From the NCBI GenBank assembly GCA_014240285.1, contig JAAZXI010000007.1:1-45476 (forward strand): a stretch of 45,476 nt of DNA, read 5' to 3'. Every line of letters begins with the position of its first letter. Position 1 is the stretch's first letter. A model generated the notes under the pieces. That model was not told the DNA's origin, made no database searches, and saw only the letters and a list, made by a program, of their open reading frames with translations. This document shows, one piece after another, positions 27,001 through 37,192 of the stretch. Both the position numbers and the translations under genes were made by a program. The DNA comes from Methanobacteriota archaeon. GTDB lineage: Archaea; Thermoplasmatota; Poseidoniia; Poseidoniales; Thalassarchaeaceae.

Positions 27001-28827
27001 TCATACCTCAAAGGAGCATTGTGGATATTGGGGGTGCATGGGTGGTAGGAAGAGATCTGTGCAGTCACGGTTGACTGTAGACAAGCCCAAGAGGCTTGAA
27101 GAATCGAGACTTAGGGTTACAGGCATCATGGATACTGGACTGGGAACATAATCCTCACCAGTTTGAGTGATAATCAGATTGATGGCATCACCGGAGGGAA
27201 TGATTACATCCATTCCAAAGAATTCCATTTTGGCGATAACCGTCTCTCCTGGGGTCAATATCTCTCCATCACCTCCTCCTTCATGGAACCTCAGGTCCAT
27301 CACAGCATGCCCTAAATGCATGCCACTACTTGCTTGGACCATTTCCACGAAGAGATGTCCGCTGCTTGCAAAGAGGGATATTGTGGCCTCGACGTGGAAA
27401 GTTGGAGTCCCAATAATGCGAGTTTCGGCATCGAACTCGGGGCACTCAACAATCAAACTGGAAGTCGATGTTATTGTGTTGCTTCCTCCTATCGAACATG
27501 AGTCCATATCGAAGTAAATCCACTCTTGATCAGGAGGAGGGTAGTTGGGTTCAACCCTCCATCCTCCCATGTTGTCTTGAACCTCAGCAATCAGTCTGGG
27601 TTGGGGTCCCTTGTCCTTGAGGTAGAAATTGAACCATTCTAGCATATCATCTGCCCAATCCCAACGCAGTGTATGCGGGAATGCCTCGGCTCCCCGACCA
27701 CTGTTCAGACCCTCATGACCGCTTTTGCGGTCAGGGTAATCGTGGCCCCATTGCCCGTAGAGGCCCTTGACATCAAAGCCAGCCTCAAGCATAGTATTGT
27801 GTACTGGGAAAGCCATGTGAGGGTCGACGTTCCAATCCTGCAGACCGTGGATGATGTACACAGAGCCGTTGTAATTCTGCAAAGCCCTGGTCAGGAAGTG
27901 GCGCTCTTCCCAGTAGTCACTGCCCGTCCACGCGAGATTGTCGCCGGTCAGATACGCCCCCACTCCTGCGTAATACCCCTCGAAATATCCTTCACAAGCA
28001 TTCTGGGCGTCCTCCAAATCGCCGTCCAAACCGAAGCTACCGTAGACGCCGTTGTGCATGATGGCTCCGCGCGCCTCCATGCTGCCATTGCGCCACATCA
28101 AGTCGTGGACGCCAATTAGTCCGGACATTGGCACTATGGTCTTCAGGTGGTCCGAACCCATCGCCGCTGCTTCCCATGGTGTAGAGCCGTCATACGATTT
28201 GCCAATCACCCCGACATTGCCGTTCGAGAAGGGCGCGTCTCCGAGATACTCCACAGCAGCATGTATTCCCTCTTGCTCATCCAGACCCATGAGATCCATG
28301 CAGTGATTTGACTCTCCGGTGCCAAATACTGACACCTGCGCGACTCCGAAACCATGTGGTACAAAGTTCTCTATTAGGAAACGACCGAGTCTGTCTGCTG
28401 GAGTCAAGGCATCAACGTCACCATCATCATAATACGGCCCAATCTCGGCAATTACAGGAACCTTGCACTCCTCAGGTAACTCTGCGGCGTCCATGTCACA
28501 CCCTTCGATAATAGGAAGCCACAGACCCATGTGGACTTCTGCGCCACCAGTGACTCCAGCACCACCATCACTCGCAGTAATTGCTGGTACTGGGACGAAG
28601 ATGGAGCGAACTGTGTCAATACCAAATGAGCCGTTCCATGAGACTCGGCTAAACACGTCGTCGTCCTGATAGTACTTGTTGGATCGATCCTCGACGTCCG
28701 GAAGCCAGTGCTCGTACTCTGGCTCTTCTTGTAATTCGTCATCGAAGCCAAAACAGCCCGTAAGAGTTGAAGAAAGTAAGATGAGGGTTAGGAAGGTGCA
28801 TCCAAAACGAGTTGCCACGCTATTCAC
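27001..28827 (-). CDS. CocE/NonD (peptidase S15, X-Pro dipeptidyl-peptidase-like) hydrolase, secreted lipoprotein
   Basis: Lipobox-like LTGC. Ser-Asp-His triad motifs: NGNVGVIGKSYDG, HGLQDWNV and QWGH. Confidence 0.9.
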   Translation of the reverse strand: MNSVATRFGCTFLTLILLSSTLTGCFGFDDELQEEPEYEHWLPDVEDRSNKYYQDDDVFSRVSWNGSFGIDTVRSIFVPVPAITASDGGAGVTGGAEVHMGLWLPIIEGCDMDAAELPEECKVPVIAEIGPYYDDGDVDALTPADRLGRFLIENFVPHGFGVAQVSVFGTGESNHCMDLMGLDEQEGIHAAVEYLGDAPFSNGNVGVIGKSYDGSTPWEAAAMGSDHLKTIVPMSGLIGVHDLMWRNGSMEARGAIMHNGVYGSFGLDGDLEDAQNACEGYFEGYYAGVGAYLTGDNLAWTGSDYWEERHFLTRALQNYNGSVYIIHGLQDWNVDPHMAFPVHNTMLEAGFDVKGLYGQWGHDYPDRKSGHEGLNSGRGAEAFPHTLRWDWADDMLEWFNFYLKDKGPQPRLIAEVQDNMGGWRVEPNYPPPDQEWIYFDMDSCSIGGSNTITSTSSLIVECPEFDAETRIIGTPTFHVEATISLFASSGHLFVEMVQASSGMHLGHAVMDLRFHEGGGDGEILTPGETVIAKMEFFGMDVIIPSGDAINLIITQTGEDYVPSPVSMMPVTLSLDSSSLLGLSTVNRDCTDLFLPPMHPQYPQCSFEV

Positions 28828-30004
28828 CCTCAGAAGTTGTGGCTATCCATGCCTGGAAGGAACAAAGTCGCAATGTGGAGCTGTAGTCACGCTTGATTCT
28901 CAACACAGGCTCAGGCGCGCCCTCTAGGCGATTGGGGAGTGCGGAGCGGATAGTGGCGTTAGTGGCGTCGATCTCTGATTCTGCTACTATCACCCTACCT
29001 CTGATTAAGCTCGGAGATCGAGTATCCAACAGAGGGATGAGCGAGGGGAGGAGTTCGACGGTTCGGTGGGGTAAGTTGGCCAGTAGTAAGTCCCAGTTAC
29101 CAGAGATTTGTGGATCCAAGGGTAGGGAAGTGGCGTCGGCCACCCCAACGAGTCTGTCAGGGTGAATCTGAGAGAGGGGGGTGGGATCACTAGGGTAGTC
29201 CCTGCGATCCCAGCGACGTAGGTTGTCGAATAGCATCTCGACGGCGTCGGGATTGAGGTCTGATGCGAGTGCTTCGCCCACCAAATCGGGTTCACCGAGA
29301 AGTGTGGCGAGGGCCGGACCGACGCCGCAGAACGGGTCGCATACGCGCAGTGGACGGTCGAGCAAGGAGCGCAGCTCCTTGGCGAGAGCCAGTGTCTCAA
29401 GCCTCTCCGACTGCAGCTTGGTGGAGAAGTACGCCCGAGAGGGGTCGCATAGTATGCTCTTTCCGGACTCTCTGACCATTACTGTGGTGCTAGTGATGTC
29501 CTCAGGAATATTCTCCAAGATTATCTCGTTTTCTCGCCGCGCGCCGATGGGAGTCAGGTCCCGGATTCTGAGTTCACCCAGCACCCCTCGGTCAGACAGG
29601 ACCAACCTGATGTGGGGGTGTGATTGTAGCTTGGCGGAGGCAATCTGCTGTGAGTAGGTGGCGACCTCGTCGTCCAACCTTACAATCATCATGTCGCCGA
29701 AGAACTCGTGCGAGGATGGCCATGCCTCGCCGTGGCGCTCGACTGTCTCCTCGCCAAGCAGTCCACTCAGATGTGTCCACCAGTCGCTGTCAACCCTCTC
29801 GTCAGGCTTACCCTCGTGTTCCACGATATCGAAGTCCGCTAGTCCATCGGGCAATGACAGCGGAGCACCGAAGTCCAGAGGAATAAGCCTAGATTTGCCG
29901 TCCTCAGCCGGGAACACATGCATGCTAGGAGCAAGTAGGTCATGCTCTCGAATCAGGCCTAATACCTGCTCCACATGACGATTGGGTACTGAGATATGGC
30001 GCAT
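28820..30004 (-). CDS. Trm5/Tyw2 (Met-10+)-like tRNA-modifying SAM-dependent transferase
   Basis: SHEFFGDMMIV, GELRIRDL, VRESG, AYFSTKLQSER, DPFCGVGP, DLNPDAV and ANLP. Start trimmed to ATG 30004 (30013 also possible). Confidence 0.85.
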   Translation of the reverse strand: MRHISVPNRHVEQVLGLIREHDLLAPSMHVFPAEDGKSRLIPLDFGAPLSLPDGLADFDIVEHEGKPDERVDSDWWTHLSGLLGEETVERHGEAWPSSHEFFGDMMIVRLDDEVATYSQQIASAKLQSHPHIRLVLSDRGVLGELRIRDLTPIGARRENEIILENIPEDITSTTVMVRESGKSILCDPSRAYFSTKLQSERLETLALAKELRSLLDRPLRVCDPFCGVGPALATLLGEPDLVGEALASDLNPDAVEMLFDNLRRWDRRDYPSDPTPLSQIHPDRLVGVADATSLPLDPQISGNWDLLLANLPHRTVELLPSLIPLLDTRSPSLIRGRVIVAESEIDATNATIRSALPNRLEGAPEPVLRIKRDYSSTLRLCSFQAWIATTSEGE

Positions 30005-30041
30005 CACGTTCATGATGGGCAGCAGGGCAGCCCGCTTCACC

Positions 30042-30857
30042 ATGACGGATGAAGATGCGGTGACCGGACTCTGGCTGATTGGTATTGGTCCGGGTGACCT
30101 CGACCACATGACCGAGCGGGCTAGGAGCGTTGCCAGAGAGTGCTCGAAGAGGTTTCTTGAGGGCTACACTGCGGTCCTACCCCCTAGTGAGGAAGAGCGA
30201 TTGGAATCAGTAGTTGGTAGTTGGGAGAGGTTGATGCGGGATGAGGTCGAGAAGCCCGACAAATTACTCGAGTTAGCACGCACGGGGCCAGTAGCACTTC
30301 TGATCGTCGGCGACCCCATGCAGGCGACCACGCACATCGATCTGGAGGAGCGTTGCGCTGAGAAAGGGATTGGTTTTCACGTGATTCCCGGGCTGTCTGC
30401 CACTACCCTTGCAGTTTCGCTATCCGGATTACAGTCATACAGGTTCGGCCGGCAGGTCACCATCCCGTTCTCGGTCGGAAAATATCTGCCGACATCCCCT
30501 CTGGAGATGATTTGCAGAAACAAGGATGCTGGGCTCCACACTCTGGTCCTTCTCGACCTCGATCCAACAGGAATGGGTGTGGAGAATCCCCGTCCGATGG
30601 TGCCTGGAGAGGCCGTGTCCCTGCTCGAGAGAATGGGTGAGCGAATCAAGAACTCTTCGAAAGCACTTGACCGACCCATCAAAGATTGGAGTGGGATGTT
30701 GCTGAGCGACCTCGGCACCGAGGAGGAAAGAGTTGTGTCAGGCACTCTGGGGGGGCTTTCGGAGATTGATGGGGGATACGTGCACGCGTTCATACTTCCA
30801 GCCGAGTTCAGTGGTATGGAGGAAGTTGCCTTCGAGCGCCGCAGGCTAACCCATTAG
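30042..30857 (+). CDS. dph5: Diphthine synthase
   Basis: LWLIGIG, FLEGYTA, GDPMQATTHIDL, GLQSYRFGRQVTIPF and GLHTLVLLD. Start trimmed to ATG 30042. Confidence 0.95.
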   Translation: MTDEDAVTGLWLIGIGPGDLDHMTERARSVARECSKRFLEGYTAVLPPSEEERLESVVGSWERLMRDEVEKPDKLLELARTGPVALLIVGDPMQATTHIDLEERCAEKGIGFHVIPGLSATTLAVSLSGLQSYRFGRQVTIPFSVGKYLPTSPLEMICRNKDAGLHTLVLLDLDPTGMGVENPRPMVPGEAVSLLERMGERIKNSSKALDRPIKDWSGMLLSDLGTEEERVVSGTLGGLSEIDGGYVHAFILPAEFSGMEEVAFERRRLTH

Positions 30858-30901
30858 ACGACGGACTCAAACATGGGCTTTGCTTGGAGGGGGTGAGAGA
30901 G

Positions 30902-32602
30902 ATGGCGAAACCACCTGCTGAAGTTCGTTTCCCGGGTGACAGGAACCGCCGCAAGAAGATTCGTATGCGGGGGATAAAACTGGCCTCTAAGGAGATTCAG
31001 AACCGGCTGGACAGGAACCTCGAGGAGTTGATGGAAGACCCTGAAATCTTCGTGCCGGAGATAAGGGGGGAGGTTGATGGATCGTTCTTCTCGAAAGACA
31101 GGATGGCGAGAACTCTCAAGGAACTCTCTGTGGTGGCCTCAAAGCGCAGCGATCCTCGATGGCTGCGTAAGCGGATGACGAAGAAAGGTGGCGACCCGGT
31201 CTGTTGCGCGTTGGCTGGAAGTCTGCTTGCTGCATCAGAGGAAGATCGGACTACCGTCGCGGTGTTCAAGAATCCTCTGTTCGGGGTCGCCAGTTACATC
31301 CGCAGAGGCAGCGGCAAGCAGAGCCACCTCGCTGGAATCCAGAATCACACTCACCCGAAGATACGTCTTCTGGTCTGGGACGAACACGCCAAGGCAGGGC
31401 AGTGGTTCTTCTCATGGGACGGTGGCTTCGTATTCACGGGAAGCACTCCTTCCCCTCCAGCTGAATGGGTGGAGTGGAGCCTTGATAACGCCTCGATAGA
31501 ACTGAGTGGTGACGAGATTAGATGGAGCAGAGGCCTCAATGAACAGACAGTCGCTGATGGCGAACTAACTGAGGTTGGTTGGTTGCGTATGGAGTTCGGT
31601 GATGGCACTGTAGTAGGCCTGTCTCAGGCGGCTCTGGCGAAAACCGAAGAGCAGTTTGCCCAGAGCGTGGCGATGGGGATGATGCCGCCCCGCCTTAGCG
31701 ACGTGTCAAGCACTGAGTGGATGTGGAGACCACAGGGATGGCCCGAGGACAGGGGATTGCCAGAAGAGGGCATCGAGCGTCTCGAGGAGGTTTTGGGGGC
31801 TTGGCTCGGGTTGGCACTCGACGATTCTCTTCTAACGAGGTCCTGCCGAAGCAGCATACTGAACTCCATCTGCGATGGTTTTGTGGTCGGTACCCACTGG
31901 TTCTCAGAGGAAGCACGGGTTGATTTCCTAGAGCACATGACGGGGGCTGCAGAGGAGAGGGCTGCGTTGTCCTGCATCCTGGACTCGCTGGAAACCGGGA
32001 TTCACGTCAGGACTGATGGTGTTGTTCTCGAAATCGAGGACGACGTAGTCCGCTTTGAGGACTCGTCCTGCCACCCCAATCTTGTCGCGCTATGGCCTGA
32101 GCACGGCCTCACCATACTCGAGGGAATCTACGGGATGTCGGGGGAGGAAGCCGAGGATATTCTAAGCAAACAGGAGAAGCGTAAGCAGGGTTTCGGGGCA
32201 TTCCTTCGCGAACTTAGCGTCAGTAGGTCCACGGCAATGCGACTGGAGCGATTGCCATGGGAAGCCGGCTCTCTGCCTAGCCCGCTGAACTTTGCTGACA
32301 ATCTGATTAGGCAGGCCGTCGACAGTGGGGTTGCTTCCACCGTCTCCAAGGCCCGTAAAGGGAAGGGGTTGGAGATGGCTATGGGTTGGGCTTGGCTCAA
32401 TGTGCACGAAAGGACCGAGTCGGACGCCTGGCGCTTCGATGAGGCCAGTCGGGACAAGGGGGGCGATTGGGTCCCGGCCCTTCAGGCATTGTGGGATGCA
32501 GCCGAGGACCTGTTACTCAACGAGAACAAGGATGCGGTACAAGATTACGAAGCGGCGATGAAGTGGCTTTCCGAGACTAGTGGTTCAGGCCAGCTGCCCT
32601 AA
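30902..32602 (+). CDS. Conserved hypothetical protein
   Basis: 566-aa soluble ORF with SD-like GGAGGGGTG before ATG 30902. The N-terminal half (YIRRG..LAGIQNHTHPKIRLL) recalls uncharacterised Thermoplasmatota proteins, from memory only. Confidence 0.75.
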   Translation: MAKPPAEVRFPGDRNRRKKIRMRGIKLASKEIQNRLDRNLEELMEDPEIFVPEIRGEVDGSFFSKDRMARTLKELSVVASKRSDPRWLRKRMTKKGGDPVCCALAGSLLAASEEDRTTVAVFKNPLFGVASYIRRGSGKQSHLAGIQNHTHPKIRLLVWDEHAKAGQWFFSWDGGFVFTGSTPSPPAEWVEWSLDNASIELSGDEIRWSRGLNEQTVADGELTEVGWLRMEFGDGTVVGLSQAALAKTEEQFAQSVAMGMMPPRLSDVSSTEWMWRPQGWPEDRGLPEEGIERLEEVLGAWLGLALDDSLLTRSCRSSILNSICDGFVVGTHWFSEEARVDFLEHMTGAAEERAALSCILDSLETGIHVRTDGVVLEIEDDVVRFEDSSCHPNLVALWPEHGLTILEGIYGMSGEEAEDILSKQEKRKQGFGAFLRELSVSRSTAMRLERLPWEAGSLPSPLNFADNLIRQAVDSGVASTVSKARKGKGLEMAMGWAWLNVHERTESDAWRFDEASRDKGGDWVPALQALWDAAEDLLLNENKDAVQDYEAAMKWLSETSGSGQLP

Positions 32603-33202
32603 TCAGTGAGAGAGAGTTATCCAAATTGCAACAGCGAACAGCGATACTCCCATCACCAGATTGAGGTTTTTCGCAGAATCAGGGCTACTGAAGGCCCTCT
32701 TGAGGATAGTGCCGAAGGCGGTCCAAGATATCACTGCAGGTAGGCCGAAGAGAAGATTCAGGAAAACAAGCAGGGCCTTGGCTTCAAACCCGGTTCCAAA
32801 AAGGGAGCCAAAGGCTGTCATTAGCACGAGGAAGTGAATCCACGCCTTTCCATTAACGACTTGCAGGACAATACCTGTAATGGTTCCAAGACGGTCGCTC
32901 TCCTGATCTTCTTCTGTAATTGGAGAGGCCGTGGCTACCTTGAATGCGAGATAAGCAATGTAGGCCGCACCTAGATATCTCAGCAAATCGAAGTACGACT
33001 TATTCTCCTCGATAAACACCGTAGCGCCGGCAACGAACAAACCGAGGGTCGACCAGCCAATTGCCATACCAGCAATCAGAGGGAGGGTTGCTCGTAGACC
33101 ATGTTGGGATCCATGAGCAGCGCATAGTACATTATTCGGGCCCGGTGAAAAACACATCGGGATGATGAATACAAGAGTAGCAAGTAGTAGATTAGTGTCC
33201 AT
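32603..33202 (-). CDS. LysE/RhtB family amino-acid exporter
   Basis: FSPGPNNV, LRYLGAAYIAYLAFK and LQVVNGKAW; about 6 TM helices. Start trimmed to ATG 33202. Confidence 0.9.
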   Translation of the reverse strand: MDTNLLLATLVFIIPMCFSPGPNNVLCAAHGSQHGLRATLPLIAGMAIGWSTLGLFVAGATVFIEENKSYFDLLRYLGAAYIAYLAFKVATASPITEEDQESDRLGTITGIVLQVVNGKAWIHFLVLMTAFGSLFGTGFEAKALLVFLNLLFGLPAVISWTAFGTILKRAFSSPDSAKNLNLVMGVSLFAVAIWITLSH

Positions 33203-33213
33203 GCGGACCCCTC

Positions 33214-34416
33214 TCAAGCTCTGGCTTCTAGCAAGGCGTTTGCAGCAGCCAATGCCTGCTGCATGTCGGCCCACAGGTCCTCAACGTCCTCTATACCAAC
33301 GCTCATACGTACGAAACCGGGAATGATACCTGCCTCGGTCCGCACCTCCTCGGGGACGAACATGTGACTGGAGTTGAACGGGCACTCAATGAGGCTCTCT
33401 ATCCCTCCAAGACTGGTGGCCTCGAAAATCAACTCCAGGGCTCTCAAGAAACACAGAGCTGCGGCGTCGCCACCCTTGATGACGTATGACAGCATACCAC
33501 TTCCTCTAGGCATAATCCTCTGGGCGACCTCGTGGTCGGTGTAACTCGGCAAGGAGGTATGATTGACACTCTCTATCATCGGATGTGCCTCCAATCTGCT
33601 CGCTAACTCGGCGGAGTTGGAGGCATGAATCGGCATGCGGGCGTGAAGTGTCCTCATCCCCCTCTCGAGTAGGTAGCACATATGTGGGTCGGCTGCGCCT
33701 CCTAGATGCACCTTCTTAGGGAATATCTCAGCCACTAGGTCCTTGCTTCCGACGACGATTCCGGCTATCAAGTCCGAGTGGCCTCCGAGGTACTTTGTCC
33801 CCGAGTGGATGACTAGGTCAAAGCCCATTGATATGGGATTGCACGCCCAAGGGGTTGCGAAGGTGTTGTCAACAATGGCAATGAGACCGTGCTTCTTGGC
33901 TACCGCAGCCATTGCCTCTAGATCACACACCTTGAGAACAGGGTTGGTCATGGTCTCTACGTACAGGATCTTGGTGTTCTCCTGAATAGCTGCCTCGTAG
34001 GACAAGGGGTCCCTGATATCAGCCATTGATACTTCGATGCCGAATCTCGGAAGGTCCTCGGTCATGAATCCGTATGTCCCACCATAACAATCGGGGCTCG
34101 CCACCATGTGGTCGCCATTCGAAAGCAGAGCGAGAAGGGTCGTTGTGACTGCCGACATTCCACTCGCGAATGTCTCCCCATCCTCTGCACCCTCAAGGGC
34201 AGCGACCTTCTGTGCCACCCCCTCAGAGTTGATGCTTGAGAGTCGGCTATACAGCGCCGTGTGCTGGGCTCCGTTGGCCCAGCCCTGATAGCGCTCGTCG
34301 GTGAGTTGGTAGGTCGAGGTCAGGAAGATCGGAGTGGTGGCGGCTCCCTCGATGTTTTGGATGCCGGACCATATCGCCCGCGTTGCGAATTTCTTGTCGG
34401 AGTACTTGTCGCTCAT
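33214..34416 (-). CDS. PLP-dependent Cys/Met metabolism enzyme (cystathionine gamma-lyase/synthase or methionine gamma-lyase family)
   Basis: TPIFLTSTY, YSR, FASGMSA, YGGT, ETMTNP, VDNTFATP, HSGTKYLGGHSD (PLP Lys), SLGGIESL and RMSVGIED. Confidence 0.93.
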   Translation of the reverse strand: MSDKYSDKKFATRAIWSGIQNIEGAATTPIFLTSTYQLTDERYQGWANGAQHTALYSRLSSINSEGVAQKVAALEGAEDGETFASGMSAVTTTLLALLSNGDHMVASPDCYGGTYGFMTEDLPRFGIEVSMADIRDPLSYEAAIQENTKILYVETMTNPVLKVCDLEAMAAVAKKHGLIAIVDNTFATPWACNPISMGFDLVIHSGTKYLGGHSDLIAGIVVGSKDLVAEIFPKKVHLGGAADPHMCYLLERGMRTLHARMPIHASNSAELASRLEAHPMIESVNHTSLPSYTDHEVAQRIMPRGSGMLSYVIKGGDAAALCFLRALELIFEATSLGGIESLIECPFNSSHMFVPEEVRTEAGIIPGFVRMSVGIEDVEDLWADMQQALAAANALLEARA

Positions 34417-34469
34417 GGAACTCCGAGGAGTGATGGTTTCATCAACTATACGCCGGTGATTTCTAGAAT

Positions 34470-34521
34470 ATGTCGAATAAAAAACATAAAAGCACAGATT
34501 AACCGACTAAATGTCGGAATA
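34470..34521. promoter_or_regulatory. Putative Lrp/AsnC binding sites in a divergent promoter
   Basis: Palindrome CCGAC-TAAAT-GTCGG (34503-34517) and a related repeat ATGTCG(G)AATA at 34470 and 34511, in an AT-rich spacer. Confidence 0.5.
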
Positions 34522-34551
34522 TTTTATCTCTCACCGTCACTTCCCAAACTC

Positions 34552-35022
34552 ATGCCTACCTCTGAATTGGACCTTAAGGATGCAAGCATAATTGAAATGT
34601 TGAAAGAAGACTCAAGGGCCAGTACACAGGCTATAGCCGATGCTTTAGCAATGCCTAGGGTCACCGTTCATGATAGGATAAGGAGACTGCAAGAGAGAGG
34701 GATCGTGCGACGCTTCACGGTGGAGCTTGGGAAGGAGGAGCTTGGATGGAGTCTGCACGCCTTCATCCTCGCCAACTGGGCCGGGGAGAGGGGGGAGACT
34801 GACAGGCGGGATGTGGCTCAGGAGATCTGTAGCATGCCATTCGTCGTCGGATGCCACATAGTCACTGGACAGTGGGACTTCATCATCGAAGTCCTAGCGA
34901 AGAACATGGAGGATCTCGGTGACTCAATTCTCGATGGACTCTCAGCAATACGGGGGGTGGGTCACACTCAGACACTGGTCTCATTCTACAACTTTGATGG
35001 AGAGGCAAAGGCCCTTAGTTAA
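34552..35022 (+). CDS. Lrp/AsnC family transcriptional regulator
   Basis: [37 protein letters not shown] and VTGQWDFII. Start trimmed to ATG 34552. Confidence 0.95.
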   Translation: MPTSELDLKDASIIEMLKEDSRASTQAIADALAMPRVTVHDRIRRLQERGIVRRFTVELGKEELGWSLHAFILANWAGERGETDRRDVAQEICSMPFVVGCHIVTGQWDFIIEVLAKNMEDLGDSILDGLSAIRGVGHTQTLVSFYNFDGEAKALS

Positions 35023-36080
35023 TCCAGCCCGATTACTGCAAGCACTGAATCCAAATTGGCGTCAACCACTGTTGATTTGGCGAGAGAGTTCTCGACCGCT
35101 ACTTCAGGGTCTTTCAAGCCGTGGCCAGTCACTGTGACTACTACTGTACTACCTTTAGGAATATTACCGGCGGCGTGGCACTTCAGTAGGCCTGCTATAC
35201 CAGCGGCGGAGGCAGGTTCAACGAAAATACCTGCACTACGGGCGAGCATCCTCTGCGCATCTAGTATCTCCTCATCACTAACCACGTCGATTGCTCCAGA
35301 GGAATCGGTAGCCGCGGTGACAGCTTGCTCCCAACTCGCGGGGTTGCCGATTCGTATTGCGGTGGCAATGGTCTCAGGATTCTCTACAGGGGTGCCGAGG
35401 ACTATCGGAGCCGCACCCTCGGCCTGCCAGCCCATCATCCGGGGTAGCCTACTGCTTCGCCCAGCTGCGAGATATTCATTGTAGCCTAACCAATAGGCGG
35501 TGATGTTACCGGCATTGCCTACGGGAAGAAAATGCATGTCAGGGGCGTCGCCGAGATTATCACAGACCTCGAATGCTGCAGTCTTCTGCCCCTGTATGCG
35601 GAATGGGTTGATACTGTTCACAACCTCAATCTCATCTCTCTCACCCAGTTTCCTGACAATATCGAGGGCGTCGTCGAAGTTACCTCGGATCTCGAGGGTC
35701 TTGGCTCCATGTATCAGCGCCTGAGCCATCTTACCGTAAGCGATTTTGCCTTCCGGTATCAAGACCAAGCAGGTCATCCCGGCAGCGGCGGCATATGCCG
35801 CGGCAGAGGCACTAGTATTGCCGGTGCTGGCACACACAACGATGCTGGCCCCGCGCTCAGCAGCCTTGGTGACGGCTAGTGTCATTCCCCTGTCCTTGAA
35901 CGAGGCTGTCGGGTTGAGTCCCTCGTACTTGATGAAAAGGCGGAAGTCCCCTCCGATCTCACTGACTATGCCTGTGACCTCAATGAGAGGGGTGCCTCCT
36001 TCGTTCAGTGTGACTGTACGGGTCTCCTCTGATACTGGTAGGAACTCGCGATAGCGCCGAATCACGCCGTGGCCCGTCAT
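35019..36080 (-). CDS. thrC: Threonine synthase
   Basis: [69 protein letters not shown] and TGHGLKDP. Confidence 0.96.
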   Translation of the reverse strand: MTGHGVIRRYREFLPVSEETRTVTLNEGGTPLIEVTGIVSEIGGDFRLFIKYEGLNPTASFKDRGMTLAVTKAAERGASIVVCASTGNTSASAAAYAAAAGMTCLVLIPEGKIAYGKMAQALIHGAKTLEIRGNFDDALDIVRKLGERDEIEVVNSINPFRIQGQKTAAFEVCDNLGDAPDMHFLPVGNAGNITAYWLGYNEYLAAGRSSRLPRMMGWQAEGAAPIVLGTPVENPETIATAIRIGNPASWEQAVTAATDSSGAIDVVSDEEILDAQRMLARSAGIFVEPASAAGIAGLLKCHAAGNIPKGSTVVVTVTGHGLKDPEVAVENSLAKSTVVDANLDSVLAVIGLD

Positions 36081-36098
36081 GGACAGACCAGATGGGTT

Positions 36099-36779
36099 TC
36101 AGCCATGAACCTCACCCGGGCTACCGAAGCGTCCAGCTAGATTGAGGCAGATTGCAACAACAGGTCCTATCAGTATAGCGAAAAGGATAGTACCCTCCCT
36201 AAATGTCCCCCCTAGAAATACCCCGAATACTAGAACAGAAACTTCGATGCTGCCCCGGACCCTTGCTAGTGGAATCCCGGAGGCCTTCTGCAACCCGGTC
36301 ATCCATCCGTCCCGCGGACCCGGTCCCAGATTGGCTGTGAGGTAGATGCCGCTGCCGATTCCGATTAGGAGTACGCCAACTAGGACCTGTGCTACAGCCA
36401 ATACCTGTGAATCGGGGACTGGAAGAAGTGGTACCATCACCTCAATCGCCAGAGAGATGATGACTGCATTGAGGATTGTACCGATACCAGGCTTCTCCTT
36501 CAAGGGAATCCAAAGTAGAAGGACGAGGATGCTGACAAGGAAGGTGGCTTGGCCAACAGACCAATCGATGTTTCGTGCTATTCCCTGAGCCAGTACAGTC
36601 CAGGGCGTGTTACCAATACCTGCTGCAATCAGTATGGCGTCGCCGGTGCCGAAAATCCAAAGTCCAGCTATCAGAATCAACAGGGTCCTCGCGGGTGGTC
36701 TCGTGGTCATGGGGTCGGTCGCGCTCCACCATGTGGTCGGCACTTCCTTGGCGGGACGCAGGAAGGTTAGCACGCCCAC
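36099..36779 (-). CDS. YczE/YitT family membrane protein
   Basis: AGIGNTPWTVL.QG, EKPGIGTILN, LGPGPRDGWM and LGG..GT..AILIGP. Confidence 0.9.
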   Translation of the reverse strand: MGVLTFLRPAKEVPTTWWSATDPMTTRPPARTLLILIAGLWIFGTGDAILIAAGIGNTPWTVLAQGIARNIDWSVGQATFLVSILVLLLWIPLKEKPGIGTILNAVIISLAIEVMVPLLPVPDSQVLAVAQVLVGVLLIGIGSGIYLTANLGPGPRDGWMTGLQKASGIPLARVRGSIEVSVLVFGVFLGGTFREGTILFAILIGPVVAICLNLAGRFGSPGEVHG

Positions 36780-36795
36780 GGCACACGATGGGGTT

Positions 36796-37110
36796 TCAGC
36801 CTTGAACCCAATCGGAGTATCCGGGCGTGCTGGAAGCCTCCCACGCCACTATCTGAGGAGTCCTGTAGGGGTGGTTGGAAAGTATTGTCTCAATGAGTAG
36901 ATCCTTGCTGTCGGCATTGGTCTTGATCACCAAACGCCATTCCTCAGAGCTCTGAGTTGTTTCGTCCCAAGAGTATACGGAGGTTATGCGGTCCCTCTGC
37001 ACACAGGCAGCGAATCCTTTCTCAACCAATTCGGAGGACCAAGCCCCCACCTCCGCCTCTATCCATTCTCCTGGGAGAGTGGTCTGTACCACCCACACAA
37101 TATGGCTCAC
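36796..37110 (-). CDS. cutA: Divalent-cation tolerance protein CutA
   Basis: LVEKGFAACVQ, ITSVYSW, EWRLVIKT and HPYRTPQI. Start estimated at GTG 37110. Confidence 0.9.
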   Translation of the reverse strand: MSHIVWVVQTTLPGEWIEAEVGAWSSELVEKGFAACVQRDRITSVYSWDETTQSSEEWRLVIKTNADSKDLLIETILSNHPYRTPQIVAWEASSTPGYSDWVQG

Positions 37111-37192
37111 AGCACAACGAAGAGGTGAATACGAATCAACCCGATGCATAGTTTGAATGCAAGGTGTCCCTTAGCCCGGATACGGTGAGCCA

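Noticed and set aside
34261-34551. 97-aa N-terminal extension of the Lrp regulator
   Set aside because: It overlaps the divergent lyase gene and promoter; the Lrp HTH starts right after ATG 34552.
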